A stretch of DNA of 64,000 nt, taken from the NCBI RefSeq assembly GCF_006345805.1, contig NC_042999.1, forward strand, positions 157,976,001 through 158,040,000, in the 5' to 3' direction. Of the stretch, positions 27,548-38,554 are shown piece by piece (the stretch's first letter is position 1; the number at the start of each line of letters is the position of its first letter). Origin of the DNA: Octopus sinensis (taxonomy: Eukaryota). The position numbers and the translations under genes were made by a program. The notes under the pieces were generated by a model that was not told the origin of the DNA, did not search any database, and worked only from the letters and a program-made list of their open reading frames with translations.

Positions 27548-27677
27548 AAATTTGGAACTGAAATAGTAAGTATTAAAATAAAATTCTATGATATGGTGTG
27601 ATATATATATTAGGATTTTATGAATTGCATGGGGACTTCTATCTCTAACTTACATATATATACATCACATATATACA

Positions 27678-27868
27678 GACCGGGCGTTGTGAGTGTTTAT
27701 TGAGCGAAAACACCTAAAACCTCCACGACGCTCCGGCAGGGGGTAGTGATCCCTGCCGTACTCTTTCACCACTCTTTCTTCTGTTGGCCTGCTCGCTTAG
27801 CCAGCGGGGTGGCGTCATTCTAAGGCTAAAACAATGCGAACGCAGCGATGTGTAACAACATCTGATGT
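27678..27868 (+). mobile_element. 5'-truncated SINE family B with alternative tail
   Basis: CAGACCGGGCGTTGTGAGTGTTTATTGAGCG body. Confidence 0.8.
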
Positions 27869-28085
27869 ATATATGTATACATATATATTCATACACATGT
27901 ATATATATATATATATACTAAGACTATATATATTATATATATATATATATGTAGGTCCCGGGTTGAGTCGGGTTTAACCACAGTAAATAAGGTACTCAAT
28001 ACATGGCAGAGTAAATTAATTTTATTTTATATAGAAGGAGCTTCTACAGACTAGAACTGTTTCATTCAAATGAAATCATCAGGAT

Positions 28086-28131
28086 CTTCCTGATGATTTC
28101 ATTTGAATGAAACATTCTAGTCCTGTAGAAG
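28086..28131 (+). ncRNA. Canonical-core hammerhead-like motif (mirror copy 28041-28085 on minus)
   Basis: CUUC CUGAUGA UUUCAUUUGAAU GAAA CA...UGU A GAAG. Confidence 0.65.
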
Positions 28132-28336
28132 CTCCTTCTATAAATTATATATAATATATATATATAAGTATATATACATATACATATATATATATACGTA
28201 TATATACATATATCTACATGTACATATATATACATGTATGTATATATATATGTGCATATATACATACATATATATGTACGTATATATTATATAAATATAT
28301 ATATGTATGTATATATATAAATATATATATATATAT

Positions 28337-29200
28337 TGGTAGAAAATTCGAAAGATTTTCTACCAGTGGCTAGCATGCATAAAATAGTCAATAGACAGCA
28401 TATTATTCATATGGAAAATTTCTCTTACCCTATATATTTTCTTACCCTATATATATTTTAATATGATTTTGAAGAGAAATAGTATAATATATATATATAT
28501 ATATATATATCTTTATTCGCTGCCGAATATAAATGCACTTGCGCGGTGGATTTGAACACGGATAACAAATTGTTTTATTTGTTCATTAATGTTCGAAATC
28601 AAGGTACAGGGGGTAACTATTGAAAATGCTTTTATTTTTCATCCTCTTCGAAATTACTCTTAACCGTGGTTTGAACTTAGACTGTTCTTTTAGCATATAA
28701 GGTTAGTGTTACCTCTTTTGTGTATAAAAGTACACTAATTTTATATGAGTAATATGTTGTCTATTGACTATTTTATGCATGCTAGCCACTGGTAGAAAAT
28801 TACTCTAATTTTCCTACTCTGTATATATTTTTAATATAATTTTCGTAATTTTGAAGAAAGTTGTTACATACATTTTTATTCACTGCTGACTATAACTGCG
28901 CTTGCGCGGTGGATTTGAAAAATTATAATTTATAAAGATGAAACATGTGCTGTTTATTTGTCCCATAATTATACGTTAATTTTAGTGCTCTTGCTAATGA
29001 AGAACATAGATAACATATTATTTTATTTCTTCATTAATGTTCGAAACCTAGGTAAAAGTTGTAACTATTGAAAATATATTTTTCATCCTTTTCGAAATTA
29101 CTCTTAACCGTGGTTTGGACTTTGACTGTTCCTTTTAGCATGTAAGTTGTCCTGTTAGGCTCACCTCTTTTGTGTATAAATATATACACTAATTTTATAT
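28337..29200 (+). mobile_element. Tandem plus inverted repeat unit, probable PLE pLTR array with decayed hammerhead at 28989-29058
   Basis: ~60-bp IR at 28355/28800; two diverged ~400-bp direct units; CUAAUGA A GAAC..GUUC GAAAC CUAG GUA AAAG. Confidence 0.55.
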
Positions 29201-29206
29201 ATATAT

Positions 29207-29246
<40 letters not shown>

Positions 29247-29629
29247 TATATATATATAATAGATATATATATATATATTTATTTTTATATATATATATGC
29301 GCGTATGTAGACAAAAAGTTATGTACATATGTTAATATATATAAGTGAACAGATATACTTGCATATATAGTTAGTATTGTATACGCAATTGAGAACATAC
29401 CAAATGCTTTAGCTCACAGACGCACACACATGCGCACCTGCGCACCTTCGCTCATGCCGACTTATAAATTTGCACAGACATGCAGATATATTGTATTAAA
29501 CTTTCCTCTGCATTTGTATTATTCAGTTTATATAAACTTCTGCAGTGTTCTTTTTTTCTTTTCTATTTCTCCAGATATTAATTTAACTGCTATATGGAAA
29601 AGACACATTGCAGATTTCAGAAAAAAAAA

Positions 29630-30464
29630 ATGATGAATTTATCGGAAAAATATATTGTGCTAATAATTATATTACTTGGCCAATACGCAAGGCGTTGCAC
29701 AGTGAACGAGCAATCATACGAATTTGCAAATATTACAATGGATGGTGATTACATAATAGATTTTGTTCTTTCAATCCACGAAGGAAACCGTCCGGATGAA
29801 GATACTGTCATCAGCGTTGATAATGTAGTAGCCGTTGAAGCAATAATTTCAGCCATCGAATATATTAATGAGGATGCCTCACTTTTGTCTAATGTGTCTC
29901 TTGGATATGTGATTCATGACGATTTCAACAGCCCGCAGCAAGTTTCTGCAATAGCCATGAAGCTGTCACAACGTATCCTGTCGAACAGTTTATTGACTAG
30001 TGGGTATCAGCTCTGTCCGAATAAGAGTAATGGTTGTAGTCAATCAGAAGCAAACTTTTCCATTGTTACCGAGTCACACTCTTTCAGTAACGTTAACATT
30101 ACACAAAGCACAAATTCAGACAATAAATTGAGTAATGAAAACGACGTGGAATTTAGCGAGAAAAATTACTATAATGACGATGCAAAGGATACTTCAATTT
30201 CTCAAAAGCCCGTTGTTGCTGTTGTAGGCAGCAGCACGAGCGATACCACAGTAAGTTTAGCAATGAATTTGCAGCTGCTCGGCATACCCATTGTCGGGTG
30301 TATGGCAACAAGTAACGTTTTCCAGCGATGGCTTTATTTTCCAAATTTCATTCGAGTGGTTCCGTCTGACAAATTTCAAGCCCAAGCAATCTTTGATATC
30401 ATTGTCTACTTTGAATGGAGCTACATCTTCGTACTTACGTCTAACAATTATTATGGACTGGAAG
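29630..30464 (+). CDS. Class C GPCR (mGluR/CaSR-like Venus-flytrap domain), first coding exon
   Basis: Signal-peptide-like N-terminus; GDYII, VEAIISAIEYINEDASLLSNVSLGYVIHD, VVAVVGSSTS, MATS, FPNFIRVVPSDKFQAQAIFDII.YFEWSYI, YYG; acceptor ending 29574; phase-1 donor GAAG|GTAAAT. Confidence 0.92.
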
Positions 30465-30574
30465 GTAAATATGAAAGCAGAATTTACACACGCTTTGCAT
30501 TAATAAATCAAAATGTTGTTTTTATGTTATGTTATTTAGCAGTGTTTATTTTATTTCTTATTCTTTTATTGTTA

Positions 30575-30789
30575 TATTTGTTTCAGTCGTTTGACTGCAG
30601 CCATGCTGGAGCACCGTCTTTAGTCGAACAAATCGCCCCCAGGACTTTGTAAGCCTAGTACTCAATCTATCGGTCTCTTTTGCTGAACCGCTAAGTTACA
30701 GGGACGTAAACATACCAACATCGGTTGTCAAGCGATGGTGGGGGGACAAACATAGACACACAACACCACACACACGCACGCGCGCACAC

Positions 30790-30832
<43 letters not shown>

Positions 30833-30933
30833 ATATATATATATCCAACAGGCTTCATTCAGTTTCCGTCTACCAAATCCACTCACAAGGCTTTGGTCGG
30901 CCCGAGGCTATAGTAGAAGACACTTGCCAAAGG
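30575..30933 (-). mobile_element. SINE family A lacking its head (ends at the 30921 inverted repeat)
   Basis: Reverse-complement match. Confidence 0.85.
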
Positions 30934-32598
30934 CGCGCCTACATTTTGATTACATTTTAATAATAAAGATATTCGTTTTTATTAAATTCATAAAAAAAAC
31001 CTGGCCTCATGAATGTTTACTACAAAACGACTTTTTTTTTTTTACTTAGGCTATATTATGTATTAGTTCATTATATTATCTTTGAATAGATATCAAATTA
31101 TTTTATTAATACTCAACACAACTTAAGTAAACTTTTAAGTGAGCAGCTGAATTTAGAGGTGGGAGATAATGTTGAGCAAGAGCCAAAGTGTGGATGAACT
31201 GCAACTAACACCACCGACGAAAACATTGATCGTATTCACCACATGCTAATGGATGACAGGCCCTTGACTATACATCAAATATCCAATGCTATTAGCATAT
31301 CCTATGAGATAGTTGAAAATATTGTGTAAAATGAACTTTGTATGATGAACCTTTTTGCTCGGTTCATAAAGGCACCAGGTTGATCATGTCACAGGAAAAC
31401 CTGACATTATTCCAGGCAGATCCAACTGGTTCCCTTGATCGTTTCCTAAGCCAAGATGAATGTTGGATTTATCACTTTCAGCCAGAGACAATAAGACAAT
31501 CCATGCAGAGAAAAGAGACAATCTACTCCTCTTCACCTGTTCCAAAGAAGGCCAAGTTCGTTTCATCTGCAAGGTAGGTGACGGACTCAGTTTTGAGGAT
31601 GCAAAAGACATTGTGCTTATTGACTATCTTCAAAAGGGCCACACCATCAACGGAAAGTACTATGCCAACTTGCTGAGGCTGTTACGAAAGGCTATCAAGA
31701 CAAAAGCCCTGGAAAACTGACGAAACGAGTCTTGTTTCATTAAGACAATGCTTCAGTACACAAGTTTTTGGTTTCAGTGGTTGTGTGCGACTGTAGCTTT
31801 GAACTGATTTTACCCTATCTGACTATCATCTGTTCCCTAATATGAAAGACCATTTGACTGGGAATCAGTATCGCAATGATGATGACTTCATATCTGCTTG
31901 TTGATGACATTTTTAGCAACAGAGTGAAAGTGTCTCCACCAATGGGATCCAAGCAATGTAACACCGACGGAAGATGTCTGTAGACATCATTATTAATTTG
32001 TGGAATATAATGTGTGTTAGGTTAATTTATTTAATTAATTTACTTGTTTTTGAAGGTTGTTGTACCCATTGTATTTACTGTACCAGACTCGTTTGTGTAT
32101 CGTTACATAATTTGATATCTTATATCTATTTAAATATCTATCATTAACTAGACTTTATTCATCACAATAAATCTTTTGTATGTTCCTGTCCTTGCGTAGG
32201 AGAATCTAAAGTCACGTCTGACTAAAGATCCTTTGACTGAAATTTCATATACAAATATATTCTTTAACAATATATACTCACACGTTTGTATAGGTGTATA
32301 CTGGTGAAATATACTTGATGTTTCTTATCGCAACGTTTATATTAATTGAAAATAGCTTCTTATATTGTTGAACTGTTTATTTAATTAAAAGTTTACTTAA
32401 GTTGTGTTGAGTATTAATAAAATAATTTGATATCTATTCAAAGATAATATAATGAACTAATACATAATATAGCCTAAGTAAAAAAAAAGTCGTTTTGTAG
32501 TAAACATTCATGAGGCCAGGATTTTTTATGAATTTAATAAAAACGAATATTTTTATTATTAAAATGTAATCAAAATGTAGGCGCGCCTTGGGCAAGTG
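30921..32598. mobile_element. ~215-bp inverted-repeat pair enclosing a mariner fragment
   Basis: Arms 30921-31138 and 32385-32598 near-identical; termini CACTTGCC...GGCAAGTG. Confidence 0.8.
31140..31990 (+). mobile_element. Decayed mariner transposase fragment
   Basis: TTDENIDRIHHML, QDECWIYHFQPET, IVLIDYLQKGHTINGKYYANLL, LFH*DNA. Confidence 0.88.
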
Positions 32599-33951
32599 GA
32601 AAAGCAAGGAAAAACGCAGCAATTAACCAAATTTTGAAAGGCGCACGAATTAATGGTGTATGAGAGAAAGATACCTCGTTTAGTTCACGCTGCAATTATG
32701 TGGTTAGATAAAAAGAGAATGAGCCCAGAAGCGAACAATTTAGAGAGAAGATACTTATATCAGAGACAATCAAAAGGTTTGCTGCTGACAAATACAGCAT
32801 CATTGTAATAGTAAAGATACTTTCAGAATCAGTAGCCTTGTTGAGTTGGAAGGACCAGAGAAGTTTATACGTTTGATGGCTGGTTATTGTTGTTGTTGCT
32901 GCTACTTAGCCCGGAAGTCAGTCCTAAGTAAGCAGATGTATGATTAAAGTCATTTAAGAGTCATGACCATTTCGCTACTTTTTCCCAAGTATGCAACTTT
33001 AGGACCAACGCGTTATCTAAAACTTTGTGTTCTCTGCATTGAAAGTATATGATTTAGCTGCTATTTCTGATAGGTCGATCAACCGCGTAGGCGTTCCCTC
33101 TTTGGTCCGTAAAGTTTTTTGTATGAGTATACGTTGTAGTAAGACAGCTGTAATCGAGAGGAAGCAGTTGAATGCATGTGTTCAAAGTGGAAATAGCAGC
33201 AAACCGGGTAGCAGGTATGGAAACGGTAACACCTTTGCAGAAAGTGACTGTGCGAAGCGCAATTTCTTTTTGTTTTTGTCACTCTGACGGCTATATTGCA
33301 TATGCAGCAACCATGCAACATTATGATAGTCATGGTGTGTATAGAAGAAAAATTTCAAGAGTATTTGAAATATTGATATAGATATCGAGGTCATTGCTGT
33401 GAATGTTAGAAGTTTGTGTGAGTTAACACGAATTGTGTGAGATTGAAATTATAGAAGATTATTTCAGAGAGATATAAAGATAGATGTTCTTAATGCACGG
33501 CGAGGGTTTGTTGAAAATGCTTAGATTCGGCAGATGAATTTAAAAGAATGAGGAAGAATTACTTCGAACCAGAGTGAAAAAAAAAATATTGTTGCTGATC
33601 TAGATGAGATAGATGATTAATGAGGAAAGTCGGTCCTACTTACACAAAGGTATTACCTCCCAGGACGAAGCTAGAACACAGAGCGTAGCGTACACAGAAG
33701 ATATGCTGGCTTGTTGTCAGAAGGTCAGATTCTTGTGTCTCAGAAAGCAATATGATGTGTTGCTTGCGTGTTGATAAGAAGTGGAAAGTTAGATTGGAAT
33801 CTAGTGGATTGACTGTACCTCCGTTTGCGCATAGCAGTAGTTGTCATAAACCAACAACATTCTTAGTATTTTTGTTTCATAAAAAAAACAGACGTTTATA
33901 CAAAATACATTTTGTTTAAGTCTATTTACAAATATATATATATACACACAC

Positions 33952-34474
33952 ACATATTCAATATAAAATAGTGTACATTTAAACACAAGAGAAAACTACC
34001 CTTTAACACTTAATTTTACACGCTAGCAGAAGCAGCCAAAACGACCAAAAACCACATTTAATAGCAATTTTCGAAGGAAAGGAAAAATAAATACTTTTAC
34101 CTTGTTATTTTTTGCGGTTATACCTAGATTTCAAATTTCTTTAGTAAATAAGATAATCTGCTAGGTGAATTTTCATCAGTAACTGGCCTTAACAACTAAC
34201 TTATAATTCAGAGACAAATAACACGTGTCCCATCATTATATGTTATAATTTTTCAAAATTCAGCGCGCAGGCTAAGAAAATTGAAACCTAGGTATAATCA
34301 CAAAAAAAAAAAAAAAAAATAACAAAGTAAAAGTTTTTTATTTTTCATTTCCTTCGAAAATTGCTATTTAATGTGGTTTTTGTCGTTTTGGCTGCTTCTT
34401 CTAGCGTGTAAAATTATCTGTTAAAGGGTAGTTTTCTCTTGTGTTTAAATGTACACTATTTTATATTGAATATG

Positions 34475-34475
<1 letters not shown>
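33952..34475. mobile_element. Inverted pLTR pair (~195-bp arms) in (TA)n
   Basis: Arms 33952-34147 and 34272-34475; hammerhead at inner end. Confidence 0.8.
34117..34183 (-). ncRNA. Canonical-core hammerhead-like motif
   Basis: GUUA CUGAUGA AAAUU..AAUUU GAAA U CUAG GUA UAAC; opposite arm reads GAAAC CUAG GUA UAAU. Confidence 0.65.
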
Positions 34476-34519
<44 letters not shown>

Positions 34520-34973
34520 TGAGAAGTGTTACTGTGTTTATTAGAAGCACCGCATTGGCAGTTGCTTTCTATTACTCATACACGTTTTGCCAGTTTAATT
34601 TGTTTCGATAGTAACAAACACGTAGATATTTTTCTTTGTCAGCAAAATTAACTTCGCTTAAAATAATAAGAGCCGGAGTTTTAAAAAAAAGTTAGTTTGA
34701 TTAACTTATTCGATGTTGCATTTAATGTGTGCATAATTGTTTCTTACTAGAAAATTACCCCAGGATTCTTAAAAAGTGTTGCAACGTATACTTGTATATT
34801 TTAAAAGTATATTTCTCTTCTCTGATAAATTTCAATTAAGAATGAGCTGATTAAATTCATTCATGGTTTGTTTTGCTTCCACTAACAGCAGAACTGTTGG
34901 AGTACTTCATGTGATTAAAAATCTTGCTGTTCGGAGTGATATTTACATCCTATACAATATTAGTTTGAAATTA

Positions 34974-36020
34974 AGGCAGCGAGCTGGCAGAATCGTTCGC
35001 ACGCCGGGCAAAATGCTTAGCGGTATTTCGTCTACCTTTACGTTCTGAGTTCAAATTCCGCCGAGGTCGACTTTGCTTTTCATCATTTCAGAGTCGATTA
35101 AATAAGTACCAGTTACGCACTGGGGTCGATATAATCGACTCAACCTGTTTGTCTGCCCTTGTTTGTCCTCTCTGTGTTTAGCCCCTTGTGGGTAGTAAAG
35201 AAATAGGTATTTCGTTTGCAGTTACGTTCTGAGTTCAAATTCCACCGAGGTCAACTTTGCCTTTCATCTTTTCGGGGTCGATAAATTAAGTACGAGTTAC
35301 GCACTGGGGTCGATGTAATCGACTTAATCTGTTTGTCTGTTCTTGTTTGTCCCTTCTATGTCTAACCCCTTGTGGGTAATAAAGAAATAGTTATTTCGTC
35401 TGTCTTTACGTTCTGAGTTCAAATTCCGCCGAGGTCGACTTTGCCTTTCATCCTTTCGGGTTCGATAAATTAAGTACGATTTACGCACTGATGTCGATTA
35501 CATCGACATAATCCCTTTGTCTGTCCTTGTTTGTCCCCTCTATATTTAGCCCCTTGTGGGCAATAAAGAAATAAGAAACGTTAGCACTCCGGGCGTAATG
35601 CTTAGCGGTATTTCGTTTGTCTAGGGTGGTGTAACTGGCAGAATCGTTAGCACGCCGGGCTAAATGCGTAGCCGTATTTCGTCTGCCGTTACGTTCTGAG
35701 TTCAAATCCCACCGAGGTCGACTTTGCCTTTCATCCTTTCGAGGTCGATAAATTAAGTACCAGTTATGCATTGGGGTCGATATAATCGTCTTAATCAGTT
35801 TGTCTGTCCTTGTTTGTCCTCTCTGTATTTAGCCCCTTGTGGCTAGTAAAGAAATAGGTATTTCGTCTGTCTTTACGTTCTGAGTGCGAAATCCGCCATG
35901 GTCGACTTTGCCTTTCATCTTTTCGGGGTCGATAAATTAAGTACTGAGGTCGACCTAATCGATTGGCTCCCTCTCCAAAAATTTCGGGTTTTGTACATGG
36001 AGTAGAAAAGAATATTAGTT
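34974..36020 (+). mobile_element. Head-to-tail array of five SINE family C bodies
   Basis: ~184-bp period restarting at GGTATTTCGT. Confidence 0.9.
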
Positions 36021-36272
36021 TCAAATGTTGTCACAAGGCCAGCGTTTTCGGTAGCAGTTGTTTGGTGCAAGACGATTATATTGCACTCAGCTGGTACTTA
36101 TTTTATTAACTCCTAAAGAATAAAAGGCAAATTCGACCTCAGCAGAATTTGAACTCAGAGCGCGAAGACTAACAAAATGCCGCTAAGCATTATGCCCAGC
36201 ATGCTAATAATTCTGCTAGCTCGCCGCCTTTCGTCTTATTTAATATTAGATTGAGTGTGTATGTATATATAT

Positions 36273-36391
36273 GCGCAGGATTGGTTCCGGGTTAAGTCCC
36301 ACTATGTGGAACCTTCGGCAAGTGTCTTCTACTTTAGCCTCGGGCCGACCAAAGCCTTGGGAGTGGATTTGGTAGGCAAAAATTGAAAGCC

Positions 36392-36428
<37 letters not shown>

Positions 36429-36757
36429 AGAGTTTACGAAAAAAACAAAGGACGAAGACAGGTGGTATACAAAACAAACAGATATATTGGTATAACGCTC
36501 AGGAATAGAAAAAGTCTTTTACGTTTCGAGCCTACGGTCTTCTACAGAAAGGGGGACACAGAAAATATATATAATTATATAATATAGGAGAGGTTTACGA
36601 GAAAAACAAAAGACGAGACAGGTGGTGTAGAAAATAAACAGATGTATTAGTTATAACACTCGGGAAGTGAAAAAGTCTTTAACGTTTCAGCCTGCGCTCT
36701 TCCACAGAAAGGAACTCAGAAAGGAAGAGAAAAAAAATGTTAAGTGGCTACCGATCT

Positions 36758-36789
<32 letters not shown>

Positions 36790-36822
36790 GCTATATATAT
36801 CTATATATATATATATATATTT

Positions 36823-36856
<34 letters not shown>

Positions 36857-37180
36857 TTGTATGTATATATATGTATCTATTATTATATATATATTATTAT
36901 ATAATATATATATATAATATATAAATATGTATATATATGTATGTATGATATATGCATGATGTATGTGTGTGTGTATTTGTATGTCAGTGTTTGTTCCCCA
37001 CCATAACTTGACAACCGATGTTGGTGTGTTTACATCCCCGTAAATTAGCGGTTCTGCAAAAGAAACCCATAGAACAAGTACTACTAGTCTTACAAAGTCC
37101 TGGGGTCGACTTGTTCGACTGAAGGTGGTGCTCCAGCATGGCTGCAGTCAAATGACTGAAACAAGTAAAAACAGTAAAAA
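36273..37180 (+). mobile_element. SINE family A split at its internal microsatellite by a pLTR dimer
   Basis: 5' half 36273-36396, 3' half ~36958-37180. Confidence 0.75.
36426..36740 (-). mobile_element. Tandem pair of PLE2-type pLTRs, each with an A6U hammerhead-like motif (36516-36551, 36677-36711)
   Basis: Reverse complement of 5395-5531, twice, ~160 bp apart. Confidence 0.8.
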
Positions 37181-38229
37181 AAAAAGCAAGTATATACATG
37201 TACATGTGTGTATATATTTATATATACATATGTATGAATATATACATATGTGTGTGTGTGTGTATGCGTGTGTGTGTATGTGTGTTTGTGTGTGTGTGTG
37301 TGTGTTTATCCATCTAGCTATATTTATCATCCTTTCAGAAGAATATTATTGACAGTGACTTTGAAGATTCAGCTGGCTTACGTGGCCGAAACTTCGAACT
37401 CACTCTCAATAATACTCTTGTTAAAGAATAATATATGTATATTCTACCAAATGTATAGCGTAATTCTTCAATTTAAAATAAAATTGCTTATATTATAACA
37501 TAAATATTGACATTGTTTTCTCTTCTTATTATATAATCAAGAGATATTTGTATTGATTTCAACAATATATTCTAATCTATTTGTATTCCTAAATCTCATC
37601 CTCTATCGTTTGACCAGTATAAGTTTTGTGTAAGAGAATACTCATACTCTATGCGCCATTATATTTTACCTATTATGATAAAAACTGTATAGTTATTTAT
37701 TGACAATATGGTGATGCTGCTGCTGATATCATTAACGAGAGTTTTGAAACTATAGTTAAATCACAGGAGTCTATAGAATTGTTTTCATATGTTCACTATA
37801 AGAGCGTATTTATAGATTAGTTGAATGGCAGATACTGTCCGATCCCAACACTGTCCTCATCAAAATCTCTCACCAGAAACTTACACTTTATCAGTTTAGC
37901 AATAACAGTCTTTAAGTGTACAACATTCTCATAAGAGAATTACAAAATCTGAACAAAATTCCCTTGGTATTTTAAAAGGCCTACACGTGTATTTCTTTCT
38001 AACATGTCAGTTAAGTTATCTGCAAAAATCTACATCTATAGCTGAGCAACGTCTTCCTTTTCGTTGACCCACGAACTAAAGTTGCCATGTATACGGAAAA
38101 AAGACAAACAAAAAAATTATTAAAGGCCTGAGTATACGTACACAAACACAACGCAAAAGACATTTCTCTCTTCCTTCTTACCTTTATTCCTTCCTTCTTT
38201 CTTTCTTTTTAACATTATCCATTCTTTTC

Positions 38230-38550
38230 TTTTTAACATCATCCTTGTATATGTTCAGTTCACTGCTGAACGAACGTCTCAATATTTTCTGTCCACCGAC
38301 CACAGTCGATGTTTTCCTTGTCCATGTTTGGATGCCGAAGATTATAACAAAGTTTCCATTTCAGCCTCTACATGGTCTTACCCTCTTTATTTTTTCTAGA
38401 CGTGGTGTCCATTCTGTCAATTTGTTATTCCATGTATTGTTCTTTCTTCTAAACAAATGTTCCGCAAAAGACCATTTCAGAGTTTTTATTTTCCAAATGT
38501 GACAGCAAAGATCCGCTATGGCTTAGATCGTGTGGAATAAAACCATCGAA
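38230..38550 (-). mobile_element. RTE-type LINE 3' coding remnant
   Basis: WNNKLTEWTPR..KRVRP resembles the RTE C-terminal W.PR.GKR.RGRP motif. Confidence 0.55.
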
Positions 38551-38554
38551 AGAA

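Noticed and set aside
30465-30652. Hydrophobic C-terminal extension of ORF 29594-30652 as a transmembrane segment
   Set aside because: It is read-through into the intron and a SINE past the phase-1 donor at 30465.
33380-33560. VIAVNVRSL resembling a LINE endonuclease start
   Set aside because: No further motifs.
34974-36020. CRISPR-like appearance of regularly spaced repeats
   Set aside because: The whole 184-bp unit is repeated with no unique spacers; eukaryotic SINE multimer; no cas genes.
37352-37408. UUGAAGA...GGCCGAAAC UUCGAA CUC hammerhead-like trace
   Set aside because: Stem I and the cleavage triplet do not fit; possibly a decayed copy, but unsupported.
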